DNA from: Candidatus Dadabacteria bacterium
GTDB lineage: Bacteria > Desulfobacterota_D > UBA1144 > Nemesobacterales > Nemesobacteraceae
Length of the DNA stretch: 64,000 nucleotides
Direction of reading: 5' to 3'
Assembly (NCBI GenBank): GCA_022822065.1
Contig: JAJECI010000007.1
Span: 10,488 to 74,487, forward strand
Position numbers and translations under genes: made by a program. The notes under the pieces were generated by a model. The model was not told the origin of the DNA, searched no databases, and worked only from the letters and a program-made list of their open reading frames with translations. Position 1 is the stretch's first letter, and each line of letters opens with the position of its first letter. Positions 63,525 through 64,000 of this stretch are shown one piece after another.

Positions 63525-63595
63525 TCAGAGTCCCGCTTAAGCCCGCAGGCCGCAAAATTCTCGAAATATCCCTCGGTTACAAGTATAGTTTTTAG

Positions 63596-64000
63596 ATGAA
63601 ACAGTTGCGGGCCGGGCTCTCCCAGGTTAACCCGAGCGTGGGGGACATAACCGGAAATACTAAGAAAATAACCAAAGTGATCGAGACGGCACGAGGTCTC
63701 GATATAGATATTCTGTGTTTCCCGGAGCTTGCCGTTACGGGCTACCCTCCCGAGGACCTTCTTCTTAAAACTGAATTCATCGACGACAACATCCGGGCTC
63801 TTGACGAAATAAAGAAGCACTGTCCGGACAACATGGTCGTTATAGTGGGCTTTGTCGACAAAAAGGACGACATATTCAACTCAGCAGCCGTAATCCAGAG
63901 AGGAGAGGTAATCGACGTATACCACAAACTCCGCCTTCCCAACTACGGAGTGTTCGACGAAAACCGCTATTTCCAGTCAGAAAGACGGTTTCCCGTTTAC
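63596..64000 (+). CDS. nadE: Glutamine-dependent NAD+ synthetase (5' part, runs off the window)
   Basis: Not in ORF track. ATG 63596 gives MKQLRAGLSQVNPSVGDITGN...CFPELAVTGYPPEDLLL...FNSAA...YHKLRLPNYGVFDENRYF. Confidence 0.95.
   Translation, partial: MKQLRAGLSQVNPSVGDITGNTKKITKVIETARGLDIDILCFPELAVTGYPPEDLLLKTEFIDDNIRALDEIKKHCPDNMVVIVGFVDKKDDIFNSAAVIQRGEVIDVYHKLRLPNYGVFDENRYFQSERRFPVY

Overview
A gene-dense, mostly core-genome segment of a diderm bacterial chromosome. Gene order and heavy AGA/AGG/ATA codon use resemble the Desulfobacterota/former Deltaproteobacteria, possibly Ca. Dadabacteria (inference, not verified). In order: a gyrA-thioesterase-GST-sirtuin operon; rsmD-coaD-aspC plus an orphan binding protein; two tandem tRNA-Ala; hom-ntrB-ntrC; rnc; glnB-glnA with an NtrC box and a likely sigma54 promoter; a type II secretion cluster gspCDEFGHIJK running into tRNA-Leu; a divergent BtrH-like/DUF1152 pair; ruvX; a TonB-dependent receptor; tig-clpP-clpX; a cytochrome c-FTR1 permease; tRNA-Leu and tRNA-Lys; mscS; an M16 peptidase; ilvN-ilvC-psd-pssA; bolA-grxD; a GGQ release-factor homologue; a nuclease; a Btu/Fec-type ABC importer; tRNA-Ile2, zinc-ribbon protein, rnhA and RNase P RNA; tyrS; gltBD; birA; a myxosortase-like CPBP protease; and the start of glutamine-dependent nadE. 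I saw no CRISPR array, IS element, integrase or prophage gene. I found no clear-cut new multi-gene system. The best leads are a signal-less binding protein in frame with aspC, a probable ATT start codon, a tRNA-plus-promoter duplication with an anticodon switch, two gene remnants, the BtrH/DUF1152 pair, and a T2SS co-occurring with a sortase-like protease.
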